This document shows positions 1-9,305 of a DNA stretch of 64,000 nt, piece by piece. A program made the position numbers and the translations under genes. Numbering within the stretch: position 1 is the stretch's first letter; each line of letters starts with the position of its first letter. The DNA is from Dehalococcoidia bacterium (GTDB taxonomy: Bacteria; Chloroflexota; Dehalococcoidia; Lucifugimonadales; UBA1127), in the NCBI GenBank assembly GCA_965217675.1, contig OZ244559.1:386126-450125 (forward strand), read 5' to 3'. The notes beneath the pieces were generated by a model that saw only the letters and a program-made list of their open reading frames with translations, searched no databases and was not told the DNA's origin.

Positions 1-2
1 CA

Positions 3-1793
3 TCTGTGGGGCACGCGGTGACGGAGACGACGGTGAGGGCGACGGCGGTTGCTGGTGCGGCGTTTGAGGTGAAGCTCAACGGCGTTTTGAACCAAGACGG
101 CGTTGTGCCGCTGGGGGTGGGATCGGGCAACGTCATAGCTGTAGAGGTCACGGCGCAGGATGGTATGACCTCGCAAACGTACATCGTCACGGTGACGCGG
201 GCCGGGTCAGCGGACGCTACGCTGAGGGGGCTTTCGCTCACGAGGGATGGTGGGGAGGTTGTTGCGCTGTCGCCGACATTCGCGTCGGGGACGATGGCGT
301 ACACGGCGATAGTTGCCCATGACGTGAGTGCTGTGACGGTGACGGCGCAGCCTACTCACTCCCAGTCTTCCGTCAGCATTACTCCTCCGGACGCAGACAG
401 AGGCACGGAGGGAATTCAAGCCAATCTCGTCGTTGGGGTTAATGTCATCACGGTTGCTGTTGTGTCGCAAGACGGCAAAGCACGGGAAGAGTACATCGTC
501 GAGGTTACCCGGCAATCCGAGCCCAATGTTCGGCTCAAGAGCTTGAACATTAGCCAGGCCCCGCTTTCGCCGGCCTTCAACCCCACGATCTTCCACTACA
601 CGGCAACGGTGGAACATGATGTGCATATCGTGATGGTCGAAGCCTTGCCGGACGACCCAGACGCCACTGTCGACCTGCTGTTGGACGGCGAAGTTGATCG
701 GGATGGCGTACTGGCCCTGCCGGTGGGCGCGTCCGTTATCGAGGCGGTGGTGACCGCAAAGGATGTGGCCGCCCAGCGGCCGTACAAAGTTGAGGTGACC
801 CGCAAGGACCAGCAGCTTGTGCCGCTTCCTACCCCCGTCAGGCCGCTGGAGCGGGAAATTCCGCGGCCGGCGCCCTCAACACCGACGCCAACGCCGACTC
901 CCACGGCCACTCCCCGAGGCATTGGACTTTCCACTTCCGCGGTCGAGTTGGAGGTCTCGAGCCGGGAGCAGAGCCACCCCGAGGTGACCCTGACGGCGTG
1001 GAACCGGGGCTCCGACCGCATGATCCTCAACTTCTCAGACGACGCCGGATGGCTAAGAGCGTCGCCTGCCTTCGTCGTGAGCACCGGACCGCGGGACAAG
1101 CAGACGGTCACGCTCGTTGCTGACGCGTGGCTACTAGGCGCCGGAACTCATACGGCTACACTCTACGTTAGTGTTAACGAGCTTGCGGGCCCGCCGGAAA
1201 GGGTCGCGGTTACGCTGTCTATTGCGCCCGGCACCAGGCCCACACCGACACCAACTCTCACAGCGACGGCAACGCCCTCACTGACGCCCACTCCCACGGC
1301 GACGCCCTTCCCGGCAGCGGCTCCATCGCCGACGGTTGCGCCTCAACCCACGCCCAGCGCCGCCCCAGCATCAATCGCCACAGTTGCTCCGAGTCGTGCG
1401 AGCCCTTCACCGACGCCCCAGATGTCGCCACCGGCTGCTGAGTCGCTTCCGTTACCTACCCCTGCGCCAACGTCGATGCCACCAGAACCTCCAGCGGCTG
1501 GGCTCTCGGACAGTGTGTCGGTTTTGGTCGGGAGTGTGGATGCAGCGGCGCACGCCGACGATCACGTCTCTACGCTGGATCGCCTTGGGAACGGTGATAA
1601 CGACGCTCCGTCCCAGTCCTCGGAACGGCGGAACGCAACGGAGTCTTTCGCCGTGCGGACCACTCCGATAACGGTCATGTACACATCGACAGGCACGATA
1701 GATAACGGTGGTCCGTTGTGGTTGATCCTTGGGTTCTTTGCCATGGACATCATCACCACGATGCGGCGCAAGAGGAACAGCTTCTTGGACTGA
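3..1793 (+). CDS. Surface protein, 5'-truncated by the window edge: cadherin-like beta-sandwich repeats, Pro/Thr-rich linkers, C-terminal TM anchor
   Basis: The frame of ORF 6..1793 stays open back to nt 3. There are three ~90-aa repeats ending in TYIVTVTR / EYIVEVTR / PYKVEVTR, each preceded by an L..L.l....L.P.F....Y.a.V pattern typical of Cadherin-like beta sandwich domains. Long PTPTPT linkers follow. The last 30 aa are a hydrophobic helix plus RRKR. Confidence 0.75.
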   Translation, partial: SVGHAVTETTVRATAVAGAAFEVKLNGVLNQDGVVPLGVGSGNVIAVEVTAQDGMTSQTYIVTVTRAGSADATLRGLSLTRDGGEVVALSPTFASGTMAYTAIVAHDVSAVTVTAQPTHSQSSVSITPPDADRGTEGIQANLVVGVNVITVAVVSQDGKAREEYIVEVTRQSEPNVRLKSLNISQAPLSPAFNPTIFHYTATVEHDVHIVMVEALPDDPDATVDLLLDGEVDRDGVLALPVGASVIEAVVTAKDVAAQRPYKVEVTRKDQQLVPLPTPVRPLEREIPRPAPSTPTPTPTPTATPRGIGLSTSAVELEVSSREQSHPEVTLTAWNRGSDRMILNFSDDAGWLRASPAFVVSTGPRDKQTVTLVADAWLLGAGTHTATLYVSVNELAGPPERVAVTLSIAPGTRPTPTPTLTATATPSLTPTPTATPFPAAAPSPTVAPQPTPSAAPASIATVAPSRASPSPTPQMSPPAAESLPLPTPAPTSMPPEPPAAGLSDSVSVLVGSVDAAAHADDHVSTLDRLGNGDNDAPSQSSERRNATESFAVRTTPITVMYTSTGTIDNGGPLWLILGFFAMDIITTMRRKRNSFLD

Positions 1794-1828
1794 TGGAAGT
1801 AGCGGTTCGGTGAGGTAGGACTGGGGTG

Positions 1829-1901
1829 CCCGCCCGGAGGGATTCGAACCCCCGACACCTGGGTCCGAAGCCCAGTGCTCTGTCCCCTGAGCTACGGGCG
1901 G
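1829..1901 (-). tRNA. tRNA-Arg (anticodon TCG)
   Basis: The reverse complement folds as a 73-nt cloverleaf. Acceptor CCGCCCG/CGGGCGG; D arm GCTC..GAGC; anticodon stem CTGGG/CCCAG with loop CTTCGGA; T arm GGGGG-TTCGAAT-CCCTC. CCA is not encoded. Confidence 0.85.
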
Positions 1902-1954
1902 ATGGAGGCGGGACCTCTCCAGTATCCGCTGCGCGGCGGGGTCGGGTCAATCGG

Positions 1955-2854
1955 CTAGACGGGGCGCTGACGCGGGTCGAGGATGTCTCGGAGCGCGTCG
2001 CCGAGCAGGTTGAAGCCGTAGACGGCGAGGGAGATGGCGAGGCCCGGCCAAAGGGCCATCCATGGGGCTGCGCTGAAGTAGTCGCGGCCGGGGCCGGCGA
2101 GCATGCCGCCCCACGATGGAGCTGGCGCCGGGACGCCGAGCCCCAGGAAACTCAGGGACGCTTCCAGCACAACCGCTGCGCCCAAGGCGCTGGTGGAGAT
2201 CACCAGGAACGGCGCGACGCAATGCGGCAGGACGTGGCGAAGCACGATCCGGGGGCTGCCGGCGCCAACAATGCGCGCCGCGGCCACGAACTCCGCGCTC
2301 GACACGGCCAGCGCTTGGCTTCGCACCACACGGGCGGCTCGTGGGGCCTGCACTAGCGCGATGGCCAGGATGACGTTGGCTGTGGACGTGCCCAGCACAG
2401 CCATGATGCCAAGCGCCAGCACTAGGGTGGGGAAGGCCAACAGGGCGTCGGCCGCCTGCTGGAGGACTGCGTCGGCGAGGCGGCCGTAGTAGCCACCGAC
2501 GACGCCGGCAAGGGCGCCAGCGGCGGAACCCAGCACGACGGAGAGGATCCCGACGCTCAGCGATACGCGTGCGCCGAACGCAATGCGGCTCCAGATGTCG
2601 CGGCCCAGGTTGTCGGCGCCCAGCCAGTGCAGTGCGCCCGGAGGGTGGAGAACGCGTTCGGCGTCCTGCGCGACAGGGTCGTAGGGCGAGAGCACGGGGG
2701 CGAAGACGGCCATCGCCACGAGCAGCAACACGACGGCGCCGCCGGTCATCCCAAGCGGCCGCGTCCTGACCAGTCGTACGAACCTTCGCCCGAGGCCGAG
2801 TGCTGCATCGGAGGTCGACGGAGCTGTTGGGTGCGTCGGCGTCGCGCTACCCAT
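1955..2854 (-). CDS. ABC transporter permease, peptide/nickel type (DppC/OppC-like)
   Basis: 299 aa and multi-TM. Carries the LGADNLGRDIWSRIAFGARVSL motif characteristic of DppC/OppC permeases. Overlaps the upstream permease by 8 nt. Confidence 0.9.
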   Translation of the reverse strand: MGSATPTHPTAPSTSDAALGLGRRFVRLVRTRPLGMTGGAVVLLLVAMAVFAPVLSPYDPVAQDAERVLHPPGALHWLGADNLGRDIWSRIAFGARVSLSVGILSVVLGSAAGALAGVVGGYYGRLADAVLQQAADALLAFPTLVLALGIMAVLGTSTANVILAIALVQAPRAARVVRSQALAVSSAEFVAAARIVGAGSPRIVLRHVLPHCVAPFLVISTSALGAAVVLEASLSFLGLGVPAPAPSWGGMLAGPGRDYFSAAPWMALWPGLAISLAVYGFNLLGDALRDILDPRQRPV

Positions 2855-3824
2855 AGCGCACCTGGGGGTTGAGCCACGTGTAGAGCATGTCGACGATCAG
2901 GTTTACCAGGACCACCCACGCGGCGAAGAAGACGATGACCGGCTGCACGACGGCGTAGTCCCGAAGTTTGACTGCGTCGAGAAGGTAAAGGCCCGTTCCC
3001 GGCAGCGCAAAGACCTGTTCCAGCACCACGGAGCCGCTGATGAGCGTCGCGAAGGCGATGCCGGCCACGGTGATGACGGGCAGCAGGGCGTTGCGCAGGA
3101 TGTGACGGCGCACGACGTCGCCGGGGTGGATGCCCTTGGCGTGCGCGGTGCGGACGTACTCCTGTCGCATGACCTCCAGGACGCTGTAGCGGGCCATGCG
3201 GGTGAGCAGCCCCGCGCCGGAGTACCCCAGCACCAAGGCAGGCCACACGAACTGCGTCAGATTGCCCCAAGGCTCGGTCAGGAGCGGCTGATAGCCGGGA
3301 GGCGGGCTCCACGTGAAATAGCGCACGCCGGCCAGCAGCACGAGGGTTGCGAGCCAGAAGTGCGGGAGAGAGACGCCGCCCAGGGAGAAGACGCGCACAG
3401 CGTAGTCCACCCAGGTGTCCTGCCGCAGAGCCGCCGCGACGCCCAGGGGCACCCCGAGCAGCACCGCAACGGCGATGCCCATGAGGCTCAGTTGCAGGGT
3501 CACGGGTAACCGGTTGAGGAACTCCTGCCAGACGCTGCGGCCAGTGACGAAGGAGTCGCCCCAATCGAGGGTGACCATGTCGGAGAGCCAGACGGCGTAT
3601 TGGCGCCACAGGGGCCGGTTGAGGCCGAGTTCCTCGCGCAGGGCCGCTCGCTGTTCCTCGGAGCCCGCTTGCGCCGCCGCTTCGGCGCCCGCGCCGCCCG
3701 CCGCGATGAGGTCGGCAGCGTCGCCGGGAGCGGCCCTGAGCGCGGCAAAGATGGCGATGGAGACGAGCAGCAGGGTGAGGGCGCCCTGTAACAGGCGTCG
3801 AAGCACGTAGACGCGCATGTCCAT
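2847..3824 (-). CDS. ABC transporter permease, peptide/nickel type (DppB/OppB-like)
   Basis: The N-terminus MDMRVYVLRRLLQGALTLLLVSIAIFAALRAAPGD is typical of DppB/OppB. The start was moved to the internal ATG at 3824, because the upstream part of ORF 2847..3896 does not look like protein. Confidence 0.88.
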   Translation of the reverse strand: MDMRVYVLRRLLQGALTLLLVSIAIFAALRAAPGDAADLIAAGGAGAEAAAQAGSEEQRAALREELGLNRPLWRQYAVWLSDMVTLDWGDSFVTGRSVWQEFLNRLPVTLQLSLMGIAVAVLLGVPLGVAAALRQDTWVDYAVRVFSLGGVSLPHFWLATLVLLAGVRYFTWSPPPGYQPLLTEPWGNLTQFVWPALVLGYSGAGLLTRMARYSVLEVMRQEYVRTAHAKGIHPGDVVRRHILRNALLPVITVAGIAFATLISGSVVLEQVFALPGTGLYLLDAVKLRDYAVVQPVIVFFAAWVVLVNLIVDMLYTWLNPQVRYG

Positions 3825-3930
3825 GGGGAGAGGGTACTTGTGGGATTGGGCGGGCGCAATGACGGGGGGCCGCCCTGACGTGCTTATACTCCGCATGCTA
3901 CAATTGCATAACGACCAAAGGAGGGCGGCT

Positions 3931-4167
3931 ATGCCGCCGATCGACTACACGAAGATCATCACCATCGAGGCGGGCAAGCGCAGCGGGCAACCGTGCATCC
4001 GAGGTATGCGCATGACCGTCTACGATGTCTTGGACTACCTGGCTGCGGGCATGTCTGAGCAGGAAATCCTGAATGACTTTCCCTACCTGACTCTCGAGGA
4101 CATTCGGGCCTGCCTGGCCTTCGCCGCGGACATGGGACGGCGGCTTGTCTACTCGCCGCCCAGATGA
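3931..4167 (+). CDS. DUF433-family small HTH protein (putative antitoxin)
   Basis: The sequence GKRSGQPCIRGMRMTVYDVLDYLAAGMSEQEILNDFPYLTLEDIRACLAFAA matches the DUF433 pattern. An AAGGAGG RBS lies 6 nt upstream of ATG 3931. Confidence 0.8.
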   Translation: MPPIDYTKIITIEAGKRSGQPCIRGMRMTVYDVLDYLAAGMSEQEILNDFPYLTLEDIRACLAFAADMGRRLVYSPPR

Positions 4168-4496
4168 GGCTTCTATTTGACCAGAACCTCTCACCGCAGC
4201 TTGTTTCGCGACTACGTGACCTCCATCCCGGGTCGATGCATGTCTTCGACATCGGGCTGGACACACGGGACGACGCGTACATTGGGGAGTATGCGCGGGA
4301 CCAGGACCTGACCATCGTCAGCAAAGACACGGATTTCCGTCACCGCAGCGTAAGTTACGGGCAGCCACCGAAGGTAATCTGGATTGGTCTGGGCAACTGC
4401 ACTACTGATGATGTCGCAGCTTTGTTTCGGCAGCGCCATACTGAGGTGCTCGAATTCTCCGTTGATGTTGATGGCGCCCTTCTAACATTCACCTAG
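4164..4496 (+). CDS. DUF5615-family PIN-like/Mut7-C-like protein (putative toxin)
   Basis: MRLLFDQNLSPQLVSRL...IVSKDTDF is typical of DUF5615. ATGA start/stop overlap with the DUF433 gene. Confidence 0.75.
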   Translation: MRLLFDQNLSPQLVSRLRDLHPGSMHVFDIGLDTRDDAYIGEYARDQDLTIVSKDTDFRHRSVSYGQPPKVIWIGLGNCTTDDVAALFRQRHTEVLEFSVDVDGALLTFT

Positions 4497-4521
4497 GGAG
4501 CGCCAAGAGTGAGGGAACAAA

Positions 4522-4554
4522 AGAGGGCGGGAGGCTCAATGCCTCCCGCCCTCT
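4522..4554 (-). terminator. Intrinsic terminator-like hairpin downstream of the NIPSNAP gene
   Basis: 14-bp perfect stem AGAGGGCGGGAGGC/GCCTCCCGCCCTCT with a 5-nt loop. On the minus strand it is followed by TTTTGTT. Confidence 0.5.
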
Positions 4555-4577
4555 GGCGTTCAGTGGGCTTTCCGAGC

Positions 4578-5207
4578 CTAGTGCAGCGTGGAGCAGGCTG
4601 CTGGGAGCATGTGGCGGACGAGCTGCTGTACCGGGCGAGCGTCGGAGTGGGGGGGCCAGGCGCCGGACTCGAAGTAGACCTTGCGGACCTCGTCCCGGTG
4701 GGTCCAGTCCTTGTAGGGGAAGAGCTGGTAGAGGCGGTTCAGGTTGCCCAACTGGGAGGTGAAGATGCCTGCGACCGGGTAGATCTCGTTGCGGCCGGGC
4801 AGCGCCTCGCTGAAGGCCTTGGCGACGTTACGGATGTCGCCCGGAGCGTAGGTGTACTGGCGCAGCTCGTACATGCCGCCCCACTCCTGGGGGGTGCCGT
4901 CCCAGTCAGCCACGCCAGGGATGGGGTCCAGGATGTCGGTTTCCTGGGTGACGATCAGGTGGGAGGCGGAGGACGGCGGCCACTTGCCGCTGGTGTCCTT
5001 GGACGCTGTCGCACGAGTGTCCGCGCGGTGCTGAAGGTTCTCATAGGGCCAGATGTGGATGACCTCGTTCAGGGGGCCGATCTCCGTCTGGAACAGGGCG
5101 CCGAGCGGCGAGTACTGGGCGCGGACCTCGTAGGCCTCGCAGAAGGCCCTGACCCACTCACCCGTCTTGCCCGGCTGCAGGATGTACCGTCGCATCTCAT
5201 AAATCAT
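4578..5207 (-). CDS. NIPSNAP family protein (two NIPSNAP domains)
   Basis: MIYEMRRYILQPGK... and a second YELRQYTYAPG... repeat, the classic NIPSNAP N-terminal strand motif. Confidence 0.8.
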   Translation of the reverse strand: MIYEMRRYILQPGKTGEWVRAFCEAYEVRAQYSPLGALFQTEIGPLNEVIHIWPYENLQHRADTRATASKDTSGKWPPSSASHLIVTQETDILDPIPGVADWDGTPQEWGGMYELRQYTYAPGDIRNVAKAFSEALPGRNEIYPVAGIFTSQLGNLNRLYQLFPYKDWTHRDEVRKVYFESGAWPPHSDARPVQQLVRHMLPAACSTLH

Positions 5208-5287
5208 GTGTCATTCCTCCTATGCGGAAGTGTTTCCCTTTCGGCGCGGGCAGTGTACCAGAGGCGAACGTTGCAAGCAAACGGCGC

Positions 5288-5974
5288 CTATGCCCGCTGC
5301 TCGCCGGTGGCGGCGAAGGTCTGCAGGCGCTGGAGCGCGGCGACTCGCTTCTCCACAGGGATATCCTTCGGCCCGCCGAGGTTGTAGGAATACATGATGA
5401 TCTCCGCGCACTCCTCCATGACCAGGTTGGCGTCGACCGCGGCGGGCACGTCGGGGCCGAACGTGAGGACGCCGTGGTTCTCCAGCAAGATGCCGCGCAG
5501 GTTGTCGACGCCGTTGAGCGCCAATTCGATGTTGTCCACGGACTCCTGTGAGCCGCGGGGGCCGTATTCGGCCACGGGAACTCCCTCGGCCATCCCGAAA
5601 CGCACCATGGGCTCGTAGGCGACGGGGAGCGCCCTGCTGGCAACGGCAAAGGCCGTCGCGTAGGGCGAGTGGGTGTGGAGCGCGCCGCCAGCGTCCGGGC
5701 GCGTCTTGTATACGATGCCGTGCATGGGGATGATCTCCGCGCTGATGGGCATGACGGAGCCGTCCAGCAGGTTGTTGTCCAGGTCAAAGAGGCCGATGTT
5801 GTCCATGGTGATCTGCGCAAGGTTGCTCACGGAGGTCAGCAGGAAGGTGTCGGAATCGGGAATTCGGGCGCTAATGTTACCGTGGTTGCTCTTGGTCAGG
5901 ATGCCGGAGTGCACCAGCCGCGCCGCAGCATCCGCGATGTGCTTCCGGTACTCTGAGAGCTTGGCCGTCGCCAT
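5288..5974 (-). CDS. Class II aldolase/adducin family protein
   Basis: Motifs HGNISAR, HTHSPYATAF and LENHGVLTFG of the fuculose-phosphate-aldolase-like fold. Confidence 0.85.
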   Translation of the reverse strand: MATAKLSEYRKHIADAAARLVHSGILTKSNHGNISARIPDSDTFLLTSVSNLAQITMDNIGLFDLDNNLLDGSVMPISAEIIPMHGIVYKTRPDAGGALHTHSPYATAFAVASRALPVAYEPMVRFGMAEGVPVAEYGPRGSQESVDNIELALNGVDNLRGILLENHGVLTFGPDVPAAVDANLVMEECAEIIMYSYNLGGPKDIPVEKRVAALQRLQTFAATGEQRA

Positions 5975-6123
5975 GAAAGGACCTCCTTGTGTCTGTTAGC
6001 TGCGGGGATTATGGAGGCTGGGGAGCGCGTGGGCAAGGGCAGGGGGCATCTGCGTATCGACGATGGGGTGCGGATTTCGTAAAATGGAGATATAGGAAAC
6101 GCGAAACACTGGAGAGCATCGCC

Positions 6124-7407
6124 ATGACACAAACAAACGTCAGCACCAAGGCCGCCATTGCCGCCAAGCACTGGGAGGGGCAGGATGTCACCGAGCTGCT
6201 ATCGAAGTCCGCCGCCGTTCTGCCGGCAATCAGCGCGACGGAGGCAGGGACACAGGGCCGCTCCATCGCCTTCACGGCCACCGTACACAAGTCGCCCATC
6301 AACCTGGGCGGCGGCATTCCGGACCCGGACTCGCTGCCGGCGGACGGGCTGCAGGCGGCCATCAACCGCGTGTTTGAGACGACGTCCGAGCCAGCGCTGC
6401 GCTACGGCGGCATCTTTGGGTTCGAGGACCTGCGGCAGGTGTTGGCCGAACGGCAGGGGCGCATCCAGGGAGTGCAACTGCGCCCTGAGAACTTCCTGTT
6501 GACCCATGGCGGCTCAGGCGGCATCGACGCGGTGTGCGACACCTTCCTCAACCCCGGCGACGTGGTCATCGTCGAGCGTCCGCACTTCTCCGGCTCGCTG
6601 CGGACCATTCGCGGCCACCTTTGCGAGGTGGTCGAGGTGGACCTGGGCGAGGACGACGCCTTCGCCGATCGAGTGGAAGAGACGCTGCAGGGGCTGGCGG
6701 CGCGGGGAAAGCACCCCAAGCTGCTTTACACCGTGCCGGACCACCACAACCCCACCGGGGCAACGATGTCGCTGGCCGTGCGGGAGAAGCTGGCGGAGGT
6801 CTGCGCCCGCCACCGGGTCTTCATCATGGAGGACATGGCGTACACCGAGCTCTACTTCGACGAGCCGCCACCGCCGTCGCTGTACGCGGTTGCGGACGGG
6901 CACGGGGTCATCCAGGTGGGGAGTTTCAGCAAGGTCATCGCGACGGGGCTGCGGGTGGGGTGGATCCAGGCGCGGCTGCCGGTCATCGAGTCCGTGGGGC
7001 GGGTGCGCTTCGACATGGGCGGCAGCCCGCTGTTGCACCGGGCCCTGGCGCACTACGTCGGCAACGGCGAGCTGGAGCCGCACGTGGACACCCTACGCGA
7101 CATCTACCGCCGCAAGTGCGAGACGCTGGTTGCATCACTGCGGGAGCACTGCGAGCCGTACCTGCGCTTCACCGAACCGGAGGGTGGGTTCTTCCTGTGG
7201 GCGGAGTGCATCGGCGCGAGCGCTCAGGACGTGGCGCGGGAGGCAGCAATCGAGGGCGTCACCTTCGCCACGGGATCCAACTTCCACGCGCAGCGGGAGG
7301 CGGCGGACACGTCGCACATCCGGCTGGCGCTGAGCTACGCGGCGATTGCAGAGCTGGAGGACGTGGGTCCGCGGCTGCTTCGGGCCTTCCAGCGCGTGGT
7401 GGACTAG
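6124..7407 (+). CDS. PLP-dependent aminotransferase (class I/II, aminoadipate/MocR-type catalytic domain)
   Basis: NPTGATMS, SFSKVIATGLRVGW (PLP lysine) and the C-terminal IRLALSY motif. The start was set at ATG 6124, because the upstream part of ORF 5989.. is Gly/Arg/Trp-rich junk. Confidence 0.85.
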   Translation: MTQTNVSTKAAIAAKHWEGQDVTELLSKSAAVLPAISATEAGTQGRSIAFTATVHKSPINLGGGIPDPDSLPADGLQAAINRVFETTSEPALRYGGIFGFEDLRQVLAERQGRIQGVQLRPENFLLTHGGSGGIDAVCDTFLNPGDVVIVERPHFSGSLRTIRGHLCEVVEVDLGEDDAFADRVEETLQGLAARGKHPKLLYTVPDHHNPTGATMSLAVREKLAEVCARHRVFIMEDMAYTELYFDEPPPPSLYAVADGHGVIQVGSFSKVIATGLRVGWIQARLPVIESVGRVRFDMGGSPLLHRALAHYVGNGELEPHVDTLRDIYRRKCETLVASLREHCEPYLRFTEPEGGFFLWAECIGASAQDVAREAAIEGVTFATGSNFHAQREAADTSHIRLALSYAAIAELEDVGPRLLRAFQRVVD

Positions 7408-7444
7408 CCCCGCTTCACGTCAAACACCCTACTCTGAAGAATTT

Positions 7445-7484
7445 GCGCCGCCCTCCCATTGAGTGACGGGAGGGCGGCGCTTTT
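7445..7484. terminator. Hairpin terminator between convergent genes
   Basis: 13-bp stem GCGCCGCCCTCCC/GGGAGGGCGGCGC with a 10-nt loop, followed by TTTT on the plus strand. Confidence 0.6.
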
Positions 7485-7504
7485 CCCTTAAGACGAGAAC
7501 CGAT

Positions 7505-9265
7505 CTACTGAGGCGTGGCTGCGATGTACTCCGGGTGGGTGTAGGTGCCGGTGATGGAGCCGGGGAACTGCCAGCCGGACACAATGTTCGGGTCGGCCGT
7601 GGCGAAGGACGGGATCCAGAAGAGCGGCATGCTCATGTAGTTGTCGTAGGCGTAGTTGCCCAGCTTGAGCCACGCCGCGTTCAGGGCGTTGGGTTCCACG
7701 GTCACGCGGACCTCGTTGTCAAAGATGTTGGAGGGCTCGACCAACTCCAGGCCCGCGCGGGCACCGATGTTGCTGGCGGAGTTGAAGACGGCGAAGCCCA
7801 GGTACTGCCGAACGCTGGTGACGTAGATGTATGAGTCGTTCATGAAGCCCAGGACGCGGCTTCTGGCGCCTCGCGTTGCGCCGTCAAGGGTCTCCAGGTT
7901 GACGTCAATCCCCACGTCCCGGTAGAAGCCGAACAGGGCGTCCTGCATGTCGCCGCCGGCGGGGAAGTAGGGGTACGTGCGCGACTGCACCGTGTGCTTC
8001 AAGGGGTTGTCGGGGCCGTAGCCGGCTTCCGCCAGCAAGTCTCTTGCCTTCTGCGGGTCGAAGCCATAGGCCTCCGGGAAGCGGGTCACCCAGTCAGGGT
8101 TCCACCCGGGGCGGGTGGGGTGCATGTAGGTGTTGTACATAGGGAGGCCCTCGCCGCCAATGAACGACTGGTTCAGGGCGTCACGGTCGATGGCGTGGTT
8201 GATAGCCGCGCGCACCTTCGCATCCAGCAGAGGCGTGTCCGGGTGCACGTATATCTGACTGTCGGGCGGCAGGTTCTCCTCGCCAAACAGCACCTTATTC
8301 ACGTACGGGCCCAGCATGATGCCGAAGGTGTTCTGCCCCGGCGCAGTGCTCTGGAGGCCGACCATACCGTGGTCGGCCACGGCCTGCGCCCGCAGGTCCG
8401 CCTGCAGGTCGGCAAGTTGTATCTCGCCAGTGATTAGCGCGGCCAGACGAGTGGAGGCCTCGTTCATGAGGCGGTACTCAAACTCCGGGAAGTCCGGATT
8501 GACGCGCCAGTGGTCGAAGGGCACCCGCTCAAAGATGATGGCCTCGCTGGTGCGCCACTCCTTGAGCTGGTAGGGGCCCGTGCCGGCCATGGACTTGTCA
8601 TCCACGCCCTTGGGCCACGCACCGCCCCGGGACTTCAGGTCTGCGGTGCTGAAGACCTCTATGCCCGCCTCCGGCTGGCCGAGGGCGGTGAGGAAGTTGG
8701 AGTCCGGCTTGGCGTTCCGGATCACCACCTCATAGTCGTTGACGACCTCCACGGCCTCGATGAGGTCGACGAAGAAGAGGCGCTGGCGGTGGGTGGACTC
8801 CTCCCGGACCATGTGCTCCACGGCGGACACCACGTCCTTGGCGGTGAACTCGCCAAAGTCGTTGTGGAAATTCACTCCCTCACGAAGCTGGAAGCGGTAG
8901 GACTTGCCGTCCGGCTCCAGGCTCCAGGACGTGGCGAGTTGGGGTGTGCCTTCCTCGCCCGTCGGGTCGATGCCCAACAGGTACTCATAAGGCGGACGGA
9001 TGGGCCAGTTGACGCTGCTCATCTCACTGATTTCCAGCGTTTCCGAAGGCGGAGCGCCGATGCCCATGACCACACGGTCCACCTTGGGCTTGACCATCAT
9101 GGTCTCTTCCATCGCCGGTGATTCCGTGGGCGTTACCGCGGCGGTGGAGTCCGTGGGCGCCGCGGCGGCGTCATCGTCGTCGGACCCGCAGGCGGCGACA
9201 AGGGCCAAGAGCGCTACAGCGATGAGGACCCAAATCAGGGTCTTAGATAGAGCACTATTAGCCAT
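7505..9265 (-). CDS. ABC transporter substrate-binding lipoprotein, family 5 (peptide/nickel type)
   Basis: Lipobox LALVAACGS. 586 aa. Paralogous to the two SBPs at 48.4 and 51.1 kb, sharing for example the FEYRLMNEASTRLAAL and PGWNPDW motifs. Confidence 0.9.
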   Translation of the reverse strand: MANSALSKTLIWVLIAVALLALVAACGSDDDDAAAAPTDSTAAVTPTESPAMEETMMVKPKVDRVVMGIGAPPSETLEISEMSSVNWPIRPPYEYLLGIDPTGEEGTPQLATSWSLEPDGKSYRFQLREGVNFHNDFGEFTAKDVVSAVEHMVREESTHRQRLFFVDLIEAVEVVNDYEVVIRNAKPDSNFLTALGQPEAGIEVFSTADLKSRGGAWPKGVDDKSMAGTGPYQLKEWRTSEAIIFERVPFDHWRVNPDFPEFEYRLMNEASTRLAALITGEIQLADLQADLRAQAVADHGMVGLQSTAPGQNTFGIMLGPYVNKVLFGEENLPPDSQIYVHPDTPLLDAKVRAAINHAIDRDALNQSFIGGEGLPMYNTYMHPTRPGWNPDWVTRFPEAYGFDPQKARDLLAEAGYGPDNPLKHTVQSRTYPYFPAGGDMQDALFGFYRDVGIDVNLETLDGATRGARSRVLGFMNDSYIYVTSVRQYLGFAVFNSASNIGARAGLELVEPSNIFDNEVRVTVEPNALNAAWLKLGNYAYDNYMSMPLFWIPSFATADPNIVSGWQFPGSITGTYTHPEYIAATPQ

Positions 9266-9305
9266 TACACTCCTCCGATTGCCTAGTTTCTTCTTTCTTC
9301 CTGGG

